A DNA stretch of 64,000 bases from Methylobacter sp. (GTDB lineage Bacteria; Pseudomonadota; Gammaproteobacteria; Methylococcales; Methylomonadaceae): NCBI GenBank assembly GCA_047920955.1, contig JBLRXA010000001.1:1200-65199 (forward strand), written 5' to 3'. The notes beneath the pieces were generated by a model that worked only from the letters and a program-made list of their open reading frames with translations, ran no database searches and was not told the DNA's origin. The translations under genes were made by a program, and so were the position numbers. Shown here in pieces: positions 9,569-19,768 of the stretch (positions are counted from its first letter, which is position 1; each line of letters opens with the position of its first letter).

Positions 9569-10513
9569 TTATCCCCCTAGAGACAGGCGCGGATTAAAAT
9601 CCAGCTCTTGCTGCATTTTTTGGTAAATGGCTTTGGCACGTTCGCTGTGCGCAGGCGGCAGGGCGATTTGCAACACCACAAAAAAATCGCCCGGCGTTTT
9701 GCCGGGTAAGCCACGGCCTTTTAAGCGTAGTTTGCTGCCTTGGTGGGAATGGGGCGGTATTTTCAGATCAACCATGCCATCCGGCGTCGGCGCTTTGATT
9801 TTTGCGCCCAAGGCCGCTTCCCACGGCGTCACCGGCAAATCCAGATAAATGTCGCTATCGGCAATTCGATACAGCGGATGATTATTAAAGGCGATTTCCA
9901 ACAGCAAATCACCGGCTTTACCGCCACCAGAACCCGGATCGCCCTGGCCTGCCAAGCGGATGTGCTGTCCCGGCTTAATGCCTTTGGGGATTTTGATATT
10001 CAAACTTCGGCGCGTGACCTGCATATAACCTTGCGCATTGAGTGCCGGCGTACTCAGGGAAATATTGCGCGTGGCGCCTTGAATGCTGTCTTCCAGATCG
10101 ATATAAATTTTCGCATGACTGTCTTGGCCTTGGATTTTCCCGCCACGCGTTGCCCGCCCCGTTGTTTGCTGGAATCCAGAGCGGCCAAACAATTGCTCGA
10201 AGAAATCGCTAAACGCCCCGCCGCCGGTAAAATCGCTGCCTTCAAAGTCAACATTTTCATGCCAGTTTGGCGGCGGCCTGAACTCTTCCCCGGCTTTCCA
10301 GTTTGCGCCCAATTTGTCGTAAGCGGCCCTTTTTTGCGGGTCTTTGAGCACCTCGTAAGCCTCGCCCAACTCCTTGAATTTGGCTTCGGCATCGCGTTCC
10401 TTGCTGACATCGGGATGATACTTGCGCGCCAGTTTACGGTAGGCGCGTTTGACCTCGTCCTGACTGGCGCTACGGGATAAGCCCATGATTTTATAATAAT
10501 CTTTATATTCCAT
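9569..10513 (-). CDS. cbpA: Curved DNA-binding DnaJ-family co-chaperone
   Basis: J domain with HPD (KYHPDVSKE), no zinc finger, DnaJ C-terminal domain. Confidence 0.93.
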   Translation of the reverse strand: MEYKDYYKIMGLSRSASQDEVKRAYRKLARKYHPDVSKERDAEAKFKELGEAYEVLKDPQKRAAYDKLGANWKAGEEFRPPPNWHENVDFEGSDFTGGGAFSDFFEQLFGRSGFQQTTGRATRGGKIQGQDSHAKIYIDLEDSIQGATRNISLSTPALNAQGYMQVTRRSLNIKIPKGIKPGQHIRLAGQGDPGSGGGKAGDLLLEIAFNNHPLYRIADSDIYLDLPVTPWEAALGAKIKAPTPDGMVDLKIPPHSHQGSKLRLKGRGLPGKTPGDFFVVLQIALPPAHSERAKAIYQKMQQELDFNPRLSLGG

Positions 10514-10548
10514 GTTGAATCGCCCGGACGCTTTAGATTTGGTTTTGC

Positions 10549-10701
10549 TTAAAAATTTTCAAACCATTTCGGTTTGAAAAAAAGGATGTACAGTAAGAAA
10601 AACTCCGCCACCGGTATGAACACGACAAGATAATGAACCAACAGAACAACTATAAATAACAGCAGGCGTTTTAAGTATTTGGTTAAGGTGATTTTGGGCA
10701 T
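10549..10701 (-). CDS. Small (50 aa) putative membrane protein
   Basis: MPKITLTKYLKRLLLFIVVLLVHYLVVFIPVAEFFLLYILFFKPKWFENF*, GGAG RBS; below ORF-track cutoff. Confidence 0.65.
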   Translation of the reverse strand: MPKITLTKYLKRLLLFIVVLLVHYLVVFIPVAEFFLLYILFFKPKWFENF

Positions 10702-10736
10702 CGTATTCTCCATTCGGTCATAGATGCCTATTAATG

Positions 10737-10770
10737 GCAGATAACGTCGGTGAAAATGACGTTATCTGCC
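10737..10770. terminator. Strong hairpin downstream of hsp20 (terminator or mRNA stabiliser)
   Basis: GCAGATAACGTC-N9-GACGTTATCTGC stem; no clear U tract on the minus strand. Confidence 0.55.
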
Positions 10771-10788
10771 CAATGTTAGCGCCTAAAA

Positions 10789-11226
10789 CTATTCTTCCGA
10801 GCTGACATTGATGCGCTTGGGTTTAATCGCCTCCCGTTTGGGAATGATGATCTCCAAAACGCCGTGCTTGCACTTGGCGCTGATCGCCTCGCCATCGGCA
10901 GAATCGGGCAAACTAAAGCGGCGGTAAAAAGAGCCGCTAGTCCTTTCGACCCGTTTATAGCCTTCTTTTTCTGTTTTGACTTCGGTTTCCTTTTCGCCTT
11001 TTACCGTCAACACGCCCGCTTCCATGCTGACCTCGATAGCTTCCGGCTTAACCCCCGGAATATCGGCATGAATGACGAATTTATCGGCTTCTTCTTTGAT
11101 GTCAACTGCGGGCGCCCATTCGGCGGTTGCCACCGAACCTTCACCGGCTTTTTCGTCTTGTGAAAGGTTCAGTTCCCGTTGCAGTTGGTTTAATAACCCC
11201 CAGGGTTCGTAACGCATAATGGCCAT
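10789..11226 (-). CDS. Hsp20/alpha-crystallin small heat-shock protein
   Basis: WAPAVDIKE, DIPGV, ERTSGSFYRRFSLP, GVLEIIIPK. Confidence 0.96.
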   Translation of the reverse strand: MAIMRYEPWGLLNQLQRELNLSQDEKAGEGSVATAEWAPAVDIKEEADKFVIHADIPGVKPEAIEVSMEAGVLTVKGEKETEVKTEKEGYKRVERTSGSFYRRFSLPDSADGEAISAKCKHGVLEIIIPKREAIKPKRINVSSEE

Positions 11227-11299
11227 TTTATGTCTCCTTAAAGAAATAATGTTTTAATTCAATAAAAAACCTAAAAACGATCAGTCGTCTTCATTGGAA

Positions 11300-11327
11300 A
11301 AATGGGGGCAACGGTTTTTTTGTCAAG
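11300..11327 (-). promoter_or_regulatory. Sigma-32 (RpoH) promoter of hsp20-cbpA-cbpM
   Basis: CTTGACA-N13-CCCCATTT on the minus strand, matching CTTGAA-N13/14-CCCCAT, upstream of heat-shock genes. Confidence 0.85.
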
Positions 11328-11372
11328 TGGTGAGAAGAAATTTTGTGTTGAATAAGGCACTATTTTTTGGCA

Positions 11373-11978
11373 TCACCCCGTTAAATTGGTATCTCGGCTA
11401 GCCCGGTAAGCGCGCATCAAAGCGATAAAGGCCAAAAAATCGTACAAGCCGTGAATAATGATTGGCAGAAACAAATTCCTGTTTCCGTCATAATCCATTG
11501 ATAAACTTAAATAAATGCCCACTAAAGTCGCCAATATCGCATAAAGCGGCGTCACTGCATGAGCCAAGCCAAAAATAACATTGGTCGCGATTAACCCGGC
11601 AGCCATGCCCCACGACACTTCTATCCAGGGCTGCACCACGCCGCGAAACAAAATTTCTTCCGAAATGCCCGCAACCGCCGCCAGCACCAACAAATCAGCC
11701 CAGTGATAGCGTTGTAGCGCCGCGCCTAAGGTTTGAAATAAGATGTCCCTAATCTTGATGGCCGATTTAAGCGGCAGCTGTTGCAGCACCAGATACAGAA
11801 AAAACAACGGTGCAGTTCCAATCAGCCCATAAATGACAACGGATTCTGAAAAGTGGAGGTTGGCAAACGGATCGATATTCACCAGCCAGCCGAATACGAT
11901 GGCGACTAAAATCAGTGACAATTCGAAATAGCAGGCATTTTTAAAAAAATCATCGGCTGCGGGCGGGGATTTATCCAT
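11373..11978 (-). CDS. CPBP/Abi-family intramembrane glutamic endopeptidase
   Basis: EEILFRG, FGLAH and HGLYD motifs; several TM helices. Confidence 0.92.
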   Translation of the reverse strand: MDKSPPAADDFFKNACYFELSLILVAIVFGWLVNIDPFANLHFSESVVIYGLIGTAPLFFLYLVLQQLPLKSAIKIRDILFQTLGAALQRYHWADLLVLAAVAGISEEILFRGVVQPWIEVSWGMAAGLIATNVIFGLAHAVTPLYAILATLVGIYLSLSMDYDGNRNLFLPIIIHGLYDFLAFIALMRAYRASRDTNLTG

Positions 11979-12280
11979 TGCTGTGTGTTGAATAGTGAGG
12001 TGTGGGGGTATTCTAATCAAAACTGGTTAAAATAGCCCTTTTACATCAAGTGTGCGCGCCCGGTTAGCTTTCCGTTAAATGCCTGTAATCAAAAAGTCGA
12101 TCGCTGAAATAATGTCGCCCCTGATGCCTGCCAGGTCTGCCCCGTGTTAAATTGATAGCAGCAATCGGGTTAATTTAACGCTTTTCCAGTTTTTACATCA
12201 CGCATCCTAACGATTATGAACACACTGCGTCACCCCGGCACATGAAAGCCGTGTGGCCATGATTTTTACAACTATTACGA

Positions 12281-12299
12281 ATAAGATTGATTATCATTT
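12281..12299 (+). promoter_or_regulatory. Fur box
   Basis: ATAAGATTGATTATCATTT (reverse complement AAATGATAATCAATCTTAT) resembles GATAATGATAATCATTATC; about 100 bp upstream of a TonB receptor. Confidence 0.75.
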
Positions 12300-12402
12300 A
12301 GAATCGATATACTATATTCCCACACTCATTTAATTGCCATTTGAGTTTAGAGTTAAATTATTAATAACGCTGACCTGGCCAACTTTAAAAAGGAATATTG
12401 TT

Positions 12403-14682
12403 ATGTTGCACTCGAAACCCCTGCTTAGACTGTTATTGTTGCCTGCGCTTGCCGGCAGTTTTGCCTCCGCTGCCGAGAACGCGGACAAAGCGGATAAACC
12501 TATTATCCTTGATACCGTCAATATTCTTGGCGATGCTGAAGCGGTAAAAGACATGCCCGCGTCGGCACAACTGATCAATACCGAACAAATCCGCGACCAA
12601 AGTTACAGCGACATTAACCGCATTTTGCGCCGCGTCCCCGGCGTCAATATCCGTGAAGAAGACGGTTTCGGGCTGTTCCCCAATATCAGCTTTCGCGGCG
12701 TCGATACCACCCGCAGCGCCAAAATCACGGTCATGGAAGACGGCGTATTGACCGCCCCGGCCGCCTATTCCGCGCCGGCTGCTTACTTTAATCCGGCTGG
12801 CGGGCGCATGAGCGGCGTCGAAGTGTTGAAAGGTTCCAGCCAGATCAAGTACGGCCCGCATATCACCGGCGGCGTCATGAACTACCTGTCCACCGCCATT
12901 CCCGATGGCGGTAAGGCCTATCTTAAAACCATTTACGGCAGTTATAACGAAATCAGGACTCACGGCTATGTCGGCGATACCGTCGATACCGCCCATGGCC
13001 GCTTCGGCTACTTGGTGGAAGGCTTTTACCGGGGCTCGGACGGCTTTAAAAGCATCGACACCACGCCGGATTTTCATAACAGCGACCAAACCGGCTTCCA
13101 ACAAATTGAGCCCATGGTGCGCTTGTCTTGGGAACCTAACACTGACATCTATCAAAAACTTGAGGTCAAATACGGCTTTTCCAGCATGGATGCCGATGAA
13201 ACCTACCTAGGCACCAGCGAAGAAGACTTTAGGCATGATCCCTACCGACGTTATTCAGCCTCGCGTTTTGACAACATCAAATCAGACCGAAACGGCGGTT
13301 TTGCGCGTTATTTCATCTCGCCAACAGACAATCTCGATATCGTTACCACAGGCTATTACAGCGAGTTCGACCGCAATTGGAGCAAATTGAACGACATCCG
13401 CAACGTGCCTAACGCGTCAGGCACTGGCAGCCAAAATATGGATTTGGCCGCCGCTTTGGCGGGGACTAACGGCGGTAATGGTTTATCTTGTCTGAGGGGC
13501 GACCTGAACTGCCAATTACGCATGCGCGACAATAACCGCAGTTACTATGCCGGTGGCGTCGAAACCTCCGCCAATTACCGCTTCGATGTCGGCAAAACCC
13601 AGCACGAACTGAATGGCGGCTTCCGTTACCATGAAGACAAGGAAAGCCGGTTCCAGCACGACACCACGCACAGCCAAGCCGCTAACGGCACTATTTTAAA
13701 CACCGTTACCGGCGCGCCGGGTAGCCAGGACAACCGTTTCGGCCTGACCAATGCCTACGCGTTTTTCCTGAAAGACCGCATCGAACTGGGCAACTGGGGA
13801 TTTACACCCGGTATGCGTTATGAGCATTTGAACCAAGTGTACCAAAATAACAACAACCCCAGCACAAACGGCCGCAGCTCGCTGGATATGTACGCGGGCG
13901 GCGCCAGCCTGGATTACCGCTTTAATGACGATTTCATGATGTTCGGCAGCGCCCATCGCGGCTTTTCGCCGCCAAGCCCGCAAAATGCCGTGATCGACAA
14001 ACTGACCGAAGAATCCAGCAACGCCTACGAATTGGGCGGGCGTTATAGCCATGGCGCTTTTTCTGCCGAAATCACCGGGTTTTACACCCAATTCGAAAAC
14101 TTGCTGGTGGTCAATAACATCGGTGGCGCAGGCAGCGGAAAAAGTGAAAACTTCGGCGCTGTCGACAGCCGGGGCGTCGAAATGGCGATGAATTTCGATG
14201 CCGGTAAAGCCTTCGACTGGGGCTTCAGCAATCCTTATTTCCTGTCGTTTACTTATACCAACACCGAACAGTTGAATAATGCCACCTCGACCGATGCGGA
14301 ATCGATTTTCAGCTACGGTAAAAAAGGCAACAAAGTGCCGTACATACCTGAATATTCACTCAGCTTCGGTAGCGGCCTGCATTTCAACAAATGGGGCGTC
14401 GACGTTTCCGGCAACTATGTCGGCGAAACCTTCACCAGCGCCAATAATACCGGGGAACAATTCAACGGCGCAGGCTCGCCGGATGCGCGTTTCGGCAAAA
14501 CGGACGACTATGTCATCGCCGACGTCTCGGCCTATTATAAGGTCGCCAAAGGCATTAAAATTCTGGGCGGCGTGCAAAACCTGTCCGATGAGCAATATCT
14601 GGTGTCGCGGCAACCTTACGGCCCACGCCCCGGTATGCCGATTTTTGCCTATGGCGGCTTTGAGCTGGATTTTGATATTTGA
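12403..14682 (+). CDS. TonB-dependent receptor, FecA-like without N-terminal signalling domain
   Basis: Signal peptide, TonB box LDTVNI, plug (RRVPGV, ISFRG, VEVLKGSSQIKYG), NLSDEQY and terminal barrel strand; start MLHSK with AAGGA RBS. Confidence 0.95.
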   Translation: MLHSKPLLRLLLLPALAGSFASAAENADKADKPIILDTVNILGDAEAVKDMPASAQLINTEQIRDQSYSDINRILRRVPGVNIREEDGFGLFPNISFRGVDTTRSAKITVMEDGVLTAPAAYSAPAAYFNPAGGRMSGVEVLKGSSQIKYGPHITGGVMNYLSTAIPDGGKAYLKTIYGSYNEIRTHGYVGDTVDTAHGRFGYLVEGFYRGSDGFKSIDTTPDFHNSDQTGFQQIEPMVRLSWEPNTDIYQKLEVKYGFSSMDADETYLGTSEEDFRHDPYRRYSASRFDNIKSDRNGGFARYFISPTDNLDIVTTGYYSEFDRNWSKLNDIRNVPNASGTGSQNMDLAAALAGTNGGNGLSCLRGDLNCQLRMRDNNRSYYAGGVETSANYRFDVGKTQHELNGGFRYHEDKESRFQHDTTHSQAANGTILNTVTGAPGSQDNRFGLTNAYAFFLKDRIELGNWGFTPGMRYEHLNQVYQNNNNPSTNGRSSLDMYAGGASLDYRFNDDFMMFGSAHRGFSPPSPQNAVIDKLTEESSNAYELGGRYSHGAFSAEITGFYTQFENLLVVNNIGGAGSGKSENFGAVDSRGVEMAMNFDAGKAFDWGFSNPYFLSFTYTNTEQLNNATSTDAESIFSYGKKGNKVPYIPEYSLSFGSGLHFNKWGVDVSGNYVGETFTSANNTGEQFNGAGSPDARFGKTDDYVIADVSAYYKVAKGIKILGGVQNLSDEQYLVSRQPYGPRPGMPIFAYGGFELDFDI

Positions 14683-14749
14683 GTGCGGCGCTTGTTGCTT
14701 GCGCCAGTTAGCCGCAGCTAGATTTAGCCAACTAAAAGGCATTTTATGC

Positions 14750-14780
14750 GCCACGAAGGGCATGAAGTGCCCTTCGTGGC
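14750..14780. terminator. Perfect 13-bp hairpin between convergent genes
   Basis: GCCACGAAGGGCA-TGAAG-TGCCCTTCGTGGC followed by ATTTT. Confidence 0.7.
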
Positions 14781-14817
14781 ATTTTGCTACTTGACGTCCA
14801 CTTAAAAGAGCCACCGC

Positions 14818-15780
14818 TTATCGGCGGCTTCTCGAAAGCAAAAGGCTTTTATCCAATAGCCGCCATATTTTAAGGATAGAGGCCGTGCGCTGGGCTTGGA
14901 CAATTCGCCGTTTTCGCCACATATTAGGGAGGCCGTTTAATGCGTCTTTCTTTGCCTTAACGATGATATTGGCTTGCCCCTGCCGGGAGAAATATAGAAC
15001 AGACACGATATTTAAGGCGGCATGAAGCGGGAGCAAAAGCCAAAACAGGATGCCGGGCATGTTTTTGACGAATGCCCAGACCATGTTGCGGTGGCCGTGA
15101 TAGATTGAAAAGTCGCTACGCTGCCCACCGGTGCTGGCTGACCCTGCGTGATAGACAGTCGCCTCAGGCACATAACGGGCTGGATAATTGTTCAGTTGCA
15201 GGCGAAAACCTAAATCCACATCTTCAACATAACAAAAAAAATCTTCGTCGAATCCGCCTACCTGCTTTAAAACACTTAGCCGGTAAAAGGCCGCGCAAGC
15301 ACAGGGTGAGAATATGGCCTGGCCGACATCACCGCTGCCAGACTGGGTTTTGCCATAACCATCACGCCATAACAGGCCGGAGATATGATAAATGTCGCCT
15401 TTGCCGTCAATTTTGTCCGGTGTTTCGAGCTGCATTTGTTTTGAGCCGAACACCGAAATGGCGGGGTGTTGTTCGGTTGCTTTCATCAAATTCAATAGCC
15501 AGTCCTTATCGGGCAATGCGTCAGGATTGAGCAAGGCCACCCATTCCGTATCGCATTCATCCAGTGCGCGGTTATTGGCGGCGGCAAAACCCAAGTTGTC
15601 ATTCAAATAGCGGACAGTGACCCCTGGAGCCTGGGCTGCCAGTTGGGCTGACCCGTCGCTACTGCCGTTATCCATAAGCAAAATACGCCGAGGCGGGTAG
15701 CTTTGCATCTGGAGATGCGAAAGGCAGCGCCGCAATAGATCGCCGCCGTTCCAGTTGACGATAATGACAGTGATGGACAT
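14818..15780 (-). CDS. Glycosyltransferase family 2 (rhamnosyltransferase-like)
   Basis: IIVNWN, DNGSSDGS, NLGFAAANN, LLNPD, FDEDFFCYVEDVDLGFR. Confidence 0.93.
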   Translation of the reverse strand: MSITVIIVNWNGGDLLRRCLSHLQMQSYPPRRILLMDNGSSDGSAQLAAQAPGVTVRYLNDNLGFAAANNRALDECDTEWVALLNPDALPDKDWLLNLMKATEQHPAISVFGSKQMQLETPDKIDGKGDIYHISGLLWRDGYGKTQSGSGDVGQAIFSPCACAAFYRLSVLKQVGGFDEDFFCYVEDVDLGFRLQLNNYPARYVPEATVYHAGSASTGGQRSDFSIYHGHRNMVWAFVKNMPGILFWLLLPLHAALNIVSVLYFSRQGQANIIVKAKKDALNGLPNMWRKRRIVQAQRTASILKIWRLLDKSLLLSRSRR

Positions 15781-15836
15781 GCTGTTTGCTTAAAGTTGAG
15801 AAGCTGAATTCAAGGCCGCGATATTACGGAACCGGC

Positions 15837-16931
15837 CTATTTTGGCGAGCCAGGATTGAAGCGGGAGATGATTTTATGCCAGCCTGATCTTATCCATAAT
15901 GTTTTACTTTTTATTTCTTCAAAAGTTCTTGGGCGCAGAACATCAATGTCGCCCATTTGTTGCTGAAACCAGCGGTCATCAACCCCATAGGTACTGGCCA
16001 ATAGATTGTGATGTTTTGGGCTGTTTAGCAGGTTTTGCATAGCGAGCAGGCCGACAAGTTTATAAGGTTTACCCAACCATTTATTTTCGTTAAAAAACAG
16101 CAGTGTTTTTTCAATAGCCAGATGCTCTTCAGTAGGAATATCTTTAACGACCAATAAATCTGCAAACCCGTCAATAAGCTGGTCACGGCTGACATCGTCA
16201 AAAAAATTAGTGGCAATAAGATAATGCTCGTTAATCGTCCTTATCGCATTTTTAGGCACCTGACTACTCGCATTCTCGCCGGGTAGGATTCTGAAGCTAA
16301 TTAATTCACGATCTGATATATGAATGTCATATCGCTTGATCAAACGGATCCATGCCTCAAAGTCAGGGAGCTGCCGAAGCCGGTTGTTATACATTCCAAG
16401 CTCTCGATAGCAAGACTTGCGAATAAGCATTGTAGGGTGGCAAATACAATTGCCATGATCAAAAAATCGCCTTAACCATTGGCCTTGGGAACGGTTTTCT
16501 TGGTCGAAAACAGCCCCAAAAGTGAGTAATGACTTGTCAATTTCAGCCCCCTCTTTATCGACAAAACGGGCTCTGCCGAAACATGCGCCAATGCCTGGGT
16601 TTGCCCGCATAAGTTGAACCTGAAAAGACAATTTGTCGGCAGCAGTCCAGTAATCATCGGAGTTAATTAAGGCAATGAATTCGCCGGAAGCCCGTTCAAT
16701 AAGCTCGTTGGTAACGATGCAAGCGCCACGGTTAACCGTGTTTGGAAAGAACCGGACTCTCGGGTCTTCAATTGAGGCAACAACGTCCCTTGTCCGATCG
16801 GAAGAGCCGTCATCGGCAATTAAAAACTCAAAATCCACCCCCTGTTGGGCGAGCACGCTATCGACCGCCTGTTTGACAAAGTCGGCATGATTGTAAGTCG
16901 CCATGATGACGGAAACTATTGGTGATTTCAT
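15837..16931 (-). CDS. Glycosyltransferase family 2
   Basis: VSVIMATYN, DDGSSD, NSDD; ATGA overlap with upstream gene. Confidence 0.92.
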   Translation of the reverse strand: MKSPIVSVIMATYNHADFVKQAVDSVLAQQGVDFEFLIADDGSSDRTRDVVASIEDPRVRFFPNTVNRGACIVTNELIERASGEFIALINSDDYWTAADKLSFQVQLMRANPGIGACFGRARFVDKEGAEIDKSLLTFGAVFDQENRSQGQWLRRFFDHGNCICHPTMLIRKSCYRELGMYNNRLRQLPDFEAWIRLIKRYDIHISDRELISFRILPGENASSQVPKNAIRTINEHYLIATNFFDDVSRDQLIDGFADLLVVKDIPTEEHLAIEKTLLFFNENKWLGKPYKLVGLLAMQNLLNSPKHHNLLASTYGVDDRWFQQQMGDIDVLRPRTFEEIKSKTLWIRSGWHKIISRFNPGSPK

Positions 16932-17896
16932 AACGGGCCTGACTGCATGGTTTTGATAATAAAACGCTTGAGTTTTGGGGGGGTTAATGCCCGAATTGCC
17001 GCCAAGAATATCGGAGGTAAGCAATCAATAAGGCAGGCAAGCAAGCAAGCGGTGGGTTTTTTTGCGGTGGCAGCAAGATGGGTCAAATTGGATATGGAAA
17101 CCATCTGTTGAAGCCGATTTGATAATAATTCAAACTCGGCATGATAAACATGGTCGGTGAGTGTGTCGTACACCGGAATCAATGCCAGCTGCGCCTTAAG
17201 TTTTTCCGTTGGCGCCGTTTGCGTCCAAACACCGTTTGCATGCAAACGGTAAACCGACATAGTCTCTTCGATGAAGCCAATGAGGCTGCTGCGTGCCACA
17301 CAGATGTTCACAATCCAATCATAGGAGCAGATTTCAAAAAGCTCTTTAGGTAGCGCGGATAACGCGGATTTTCGGTACATGCAGGTTGAAAAGTTCCCCA
17401 CCAGGTTATCCGCAATCAAGTCCCTGGCGCTAAGCAAACGGTAGCCCGTGCCAGGGGCAGTCCTCGGGTAAAAATGAAAACGGGTTTCCTCAAAAACGAA
17501 ATAATTAGCCGAGCAAAGGCCGCATTCCCAATGAGCATCAAGAAACTCGATTTGACGTTGAAGCTTAAATGGGCTTATCCAGTAATCATCACCTTCCAAC
17601 ACCGCCACATAGTCGCCTGAGCAAGCCGCAAAACCACGCTGGTAATTTTTTGTAATGCCTAAGTTTATTTTATTATCCAGATACTTAAAGTGAAACTGGT
17701 GGTCTTTTTTATTTTCGTACTCTTTGATCAGGGAAACGGTATTGTCCGACGAACCATCGTCGGCAACAATTAGCTCAATAGGCTCCTTGGTTGCTTGGCC
17801 AAATAGCGCATCAAGTGCTTGGCGAATATAATTCTCATGGTTATAGGTTACCAAAAGAACGCTGATTCGGCAGGGGGCTGGTGGTGTAGCTGGCAT
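16928..17896 (-). CDS. Glycosyltransferase family 2
   Basis: LLVTYNHE, DDGSSD, LEGDDYW. Confidence 0.92.
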   Translation of the reverse strand: MPATPPAPCRISVLLVTYNHENYIRQALDALFGQATKEPIELIVADDGSSDNTVSLIKEYENKKDHQFHFKYLDNKINLGITKNYQRGFAACSGDYVAVLEGDDYWISPFKLQRQIEFLDAHWECGLCSANYFVFEETRFHFYPRTAPGTGYRLLSARDLIADNLVGNFSTCMYRKSALSALPKELFEICSYDWIVNICVARSSLIGFIEETMSVYRLHANGVWTQTAPTEKLKAQLALIPVYDTLTDHVYHAEFELLSNRLQQMVSISNLTHLAATAKKPTACLLACLIDCLPPIFLAAIRALTPPKLKRFIIKTMQSGPL

Positions 17897-18033
17897 TTTT
17901 TTTAACCTTAGGCAGGATATTTAATAGACGGTTTCAACGGCTGGTGCGGTCAGGAGGGCGGCTGCTTTTTAAAGGTAAAATTTTTCCAAAAACCACCTAA
18001 CAACGTGTCCCTGCCAAAACAGGAACAATGGGG

Positions 18034-18615
18034 TCAGTTTACTTCAATTGGGGGGTTACTGAAAAGGAAGGCCTGTTCCAATTCGAGCAAGTCACGTTTG
18101 CGCTCTTTTATGCGCCGTGCCGGGCTACCGGCATAGATGCCGAAAGCCCGGCAATTTTTTGTGATCAAACTAAGCGCGCCCACTGCGACACCTTCCTCGA
18201 GTATTATCCCAGGCAAAATTACACTGCCGCAGCCGACAATAACATGTTTGCCAAGAAGCACATCCGCGTGGGTAACCCCGGTAAACTGGCTGGGCAATGT
18301 CGGGTTGGTCATGGAAATGCCGGAATAATCGTCATTACTTGAATAGATGGAGACGCGTGAAGAAATGTTACAAAAATCAGACAGGGTTATTTTTCCGGCT
18401 CCAATCAAAGACGAAAATACCGCGATATGGACATTATTGCCGATACTTATACCGCCAGCACCGGCAGATAACACGCAAAAATCATCAATTCTGACATTAT
18501 TGCCCAATGATATTTTTGATGGATTATAAAATGAAGCGCGATCTGAGATATTTACATTATCACCCACTGAAGCGAAGCCCATTTCCCCAATTAGTTCGCG
18601 AGACAGCAGGCCCAT
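18034..18615 (-). CDS. Hexapeptide-repeat sugar N/O-acetyltransferase (VioB-like)
   Basis: Left-handed beta-helix repeats (VRIDDFCVLS, IGNNVHIA, YAGSPAR); follows the aminotransferase. Confidence 0.9.
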   Translation of the reverse strand: MGLLSRELIGEMGFASVGDNVNISDRASFYNPSKISLGNNVRIDDFCVLSAGAGGISIGNNVHIAVFSSLIGAGKITLSDFCNISSRVSIYSSNDDYSGISMTNPTLPSQFTGVTHADVLLGKHVIVGCGSVILPGIILEEGVAVGALSLITKNCRAFGIYAGSPARRIKERKRDLLELEQAFLFSNPPIEVN

Positions 18616-18649
18616 TAAGTTGTCCTTTGTGAATGAAGCAAATGGCTTA

Positions 18650-19768
18650 TCATGGCAATGCCTTTGAAATTATATTGACAATATGTTTCATATCCTGCAT
18701 GGCTAAGGCTGGATAGATCGGCAGGCATAGCACCTTGGAGGCGGCATCGGAGGCCACAGGCAAATTGCCGCGCTGGGCTGAAGGCAAGCCCCGGTACATG
18801 GAAAAATCGGAAATCAATGGATAAAAGTAGCGCCTGGCGTAAATGCCTTGCCCTTTGAGGTTCTCGTAGAGCTCATCCCGGCTCAACGGATATTCAGGCT
18901 CCACCAATATCGGGAAATAGGAGTAATTCGCGGTCATTGCGTCCACATAGTCTAAGCACCGTATGCCCTGTAGCCGGGCTAGATGCTCACGGTAAAAAAG
19001 ATCAATTTCTTTACGGCGAACAAGGGCCTTATCTATATGCTGAAGTTGCAGCAAACCAAAAGCGGCGTTGATTTCGCTCATTTTGCCATTAATGCCAGGT
19101 GCGACTACGGTCACTTCATCCACGATACCAAAATTTTTAAGGTGGTCGATGCGTTGTTTGGTTTTAGCATCAGAACAAACAATTGCCCCGCCTTCAAAGG
19201 TATTAAAGACCTTGGTGGCGTGGAAACTTAACACCGACAGGTCGCCATGGTTGAGTACGCTGCCGTGCAGGTCTTTTACACCGAAAGCATGGGCCGCATC
19301 ATAAATAACCTTAAGGTTGTAAGTGTCGGCAATTTTCTGGATTGCGCCAACATCGCAGGGATGTCCGTAGCAATGTACCGGCATTATGGCGGTCGTGTGT
19401 GGCGTTATGGCCGATTCTATCTTGGCTGGGTCAAGATTAAGCGTATTGGGGTCAATATCGGCGAACACAGGCTTAATGCCATTCCACAATAAAGAATGTG
19501 CCGTAGCCACAAAAGAATACGGCGTAGTGATGACCTCGCCGGTAATACGCAAAGCTTGCAAAGCGGTGACCAAGGCAATCGTCCCATTGGTAAATAGGGC
19601 AATATGGTCAACGCCTAAGTATTCGCATAACGCTGCCTCCAGTTGCTGATGAAAAGGGCCGCCATTGGTGAGGGTTTTATTGTCCCAAATTTTTTCCAGA
19701 TAAGGGATGAATTCTTCCAGCGGTGGCAACAGGGGCTGCGTGACGAAAATATTTTGTTTTCCGCTCAT
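18650..19768 (-). CDS. vioA: DegT/DnrJ-family dTDP-4-keto-6-deoxy-sugar aminotransferase (VioA-like)
   Basis: LTNGGP, YDAAHAFG, SFHATKVFNTFEGG (PLP Lys), RRYFYPL. Confidence 0.85.
   Translation of the reverse strand: MSGKQNIFVTQPLLPPLEEFIPYLEKIWDNKTLTNGGPFHQQLEAALCEYLGVDHIALFTNGTIALVTALQALRITGEVITTPYSFVATAHSLLWNGIKPVFADIDPNTLNLDPAKIESAITPHTTAIMPVHCYGHPCDVGAIQKIADTYNLKVIYDAAHAFGVKDLHGSVLNHGDLSVLSFHATKVFNTFEGGAIVCSDAKTKQRIDHLKNFGIVDEVTVVAPGINGKMSEINAAFGLLQLQHIDKALVRRKEIDLFYREHLARLQGIRCLDYVDAMTANYSYFPILVEPEYPLSRDELYENLKGQGIYARRYFYPLISDFSMYRGLPSAQRGNLPVASDAASKVLCLPIYPALAMQDMKHIVNIISKALP

Noticed and set aside
12433-13155. Long antisense or overlapping ORFs (this one, 9740..10480, 4460..5005, 43354..44013 and similar)
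   Set aside because: Shadows of well-supported genes on the opposite strand, with no recognisable motifs
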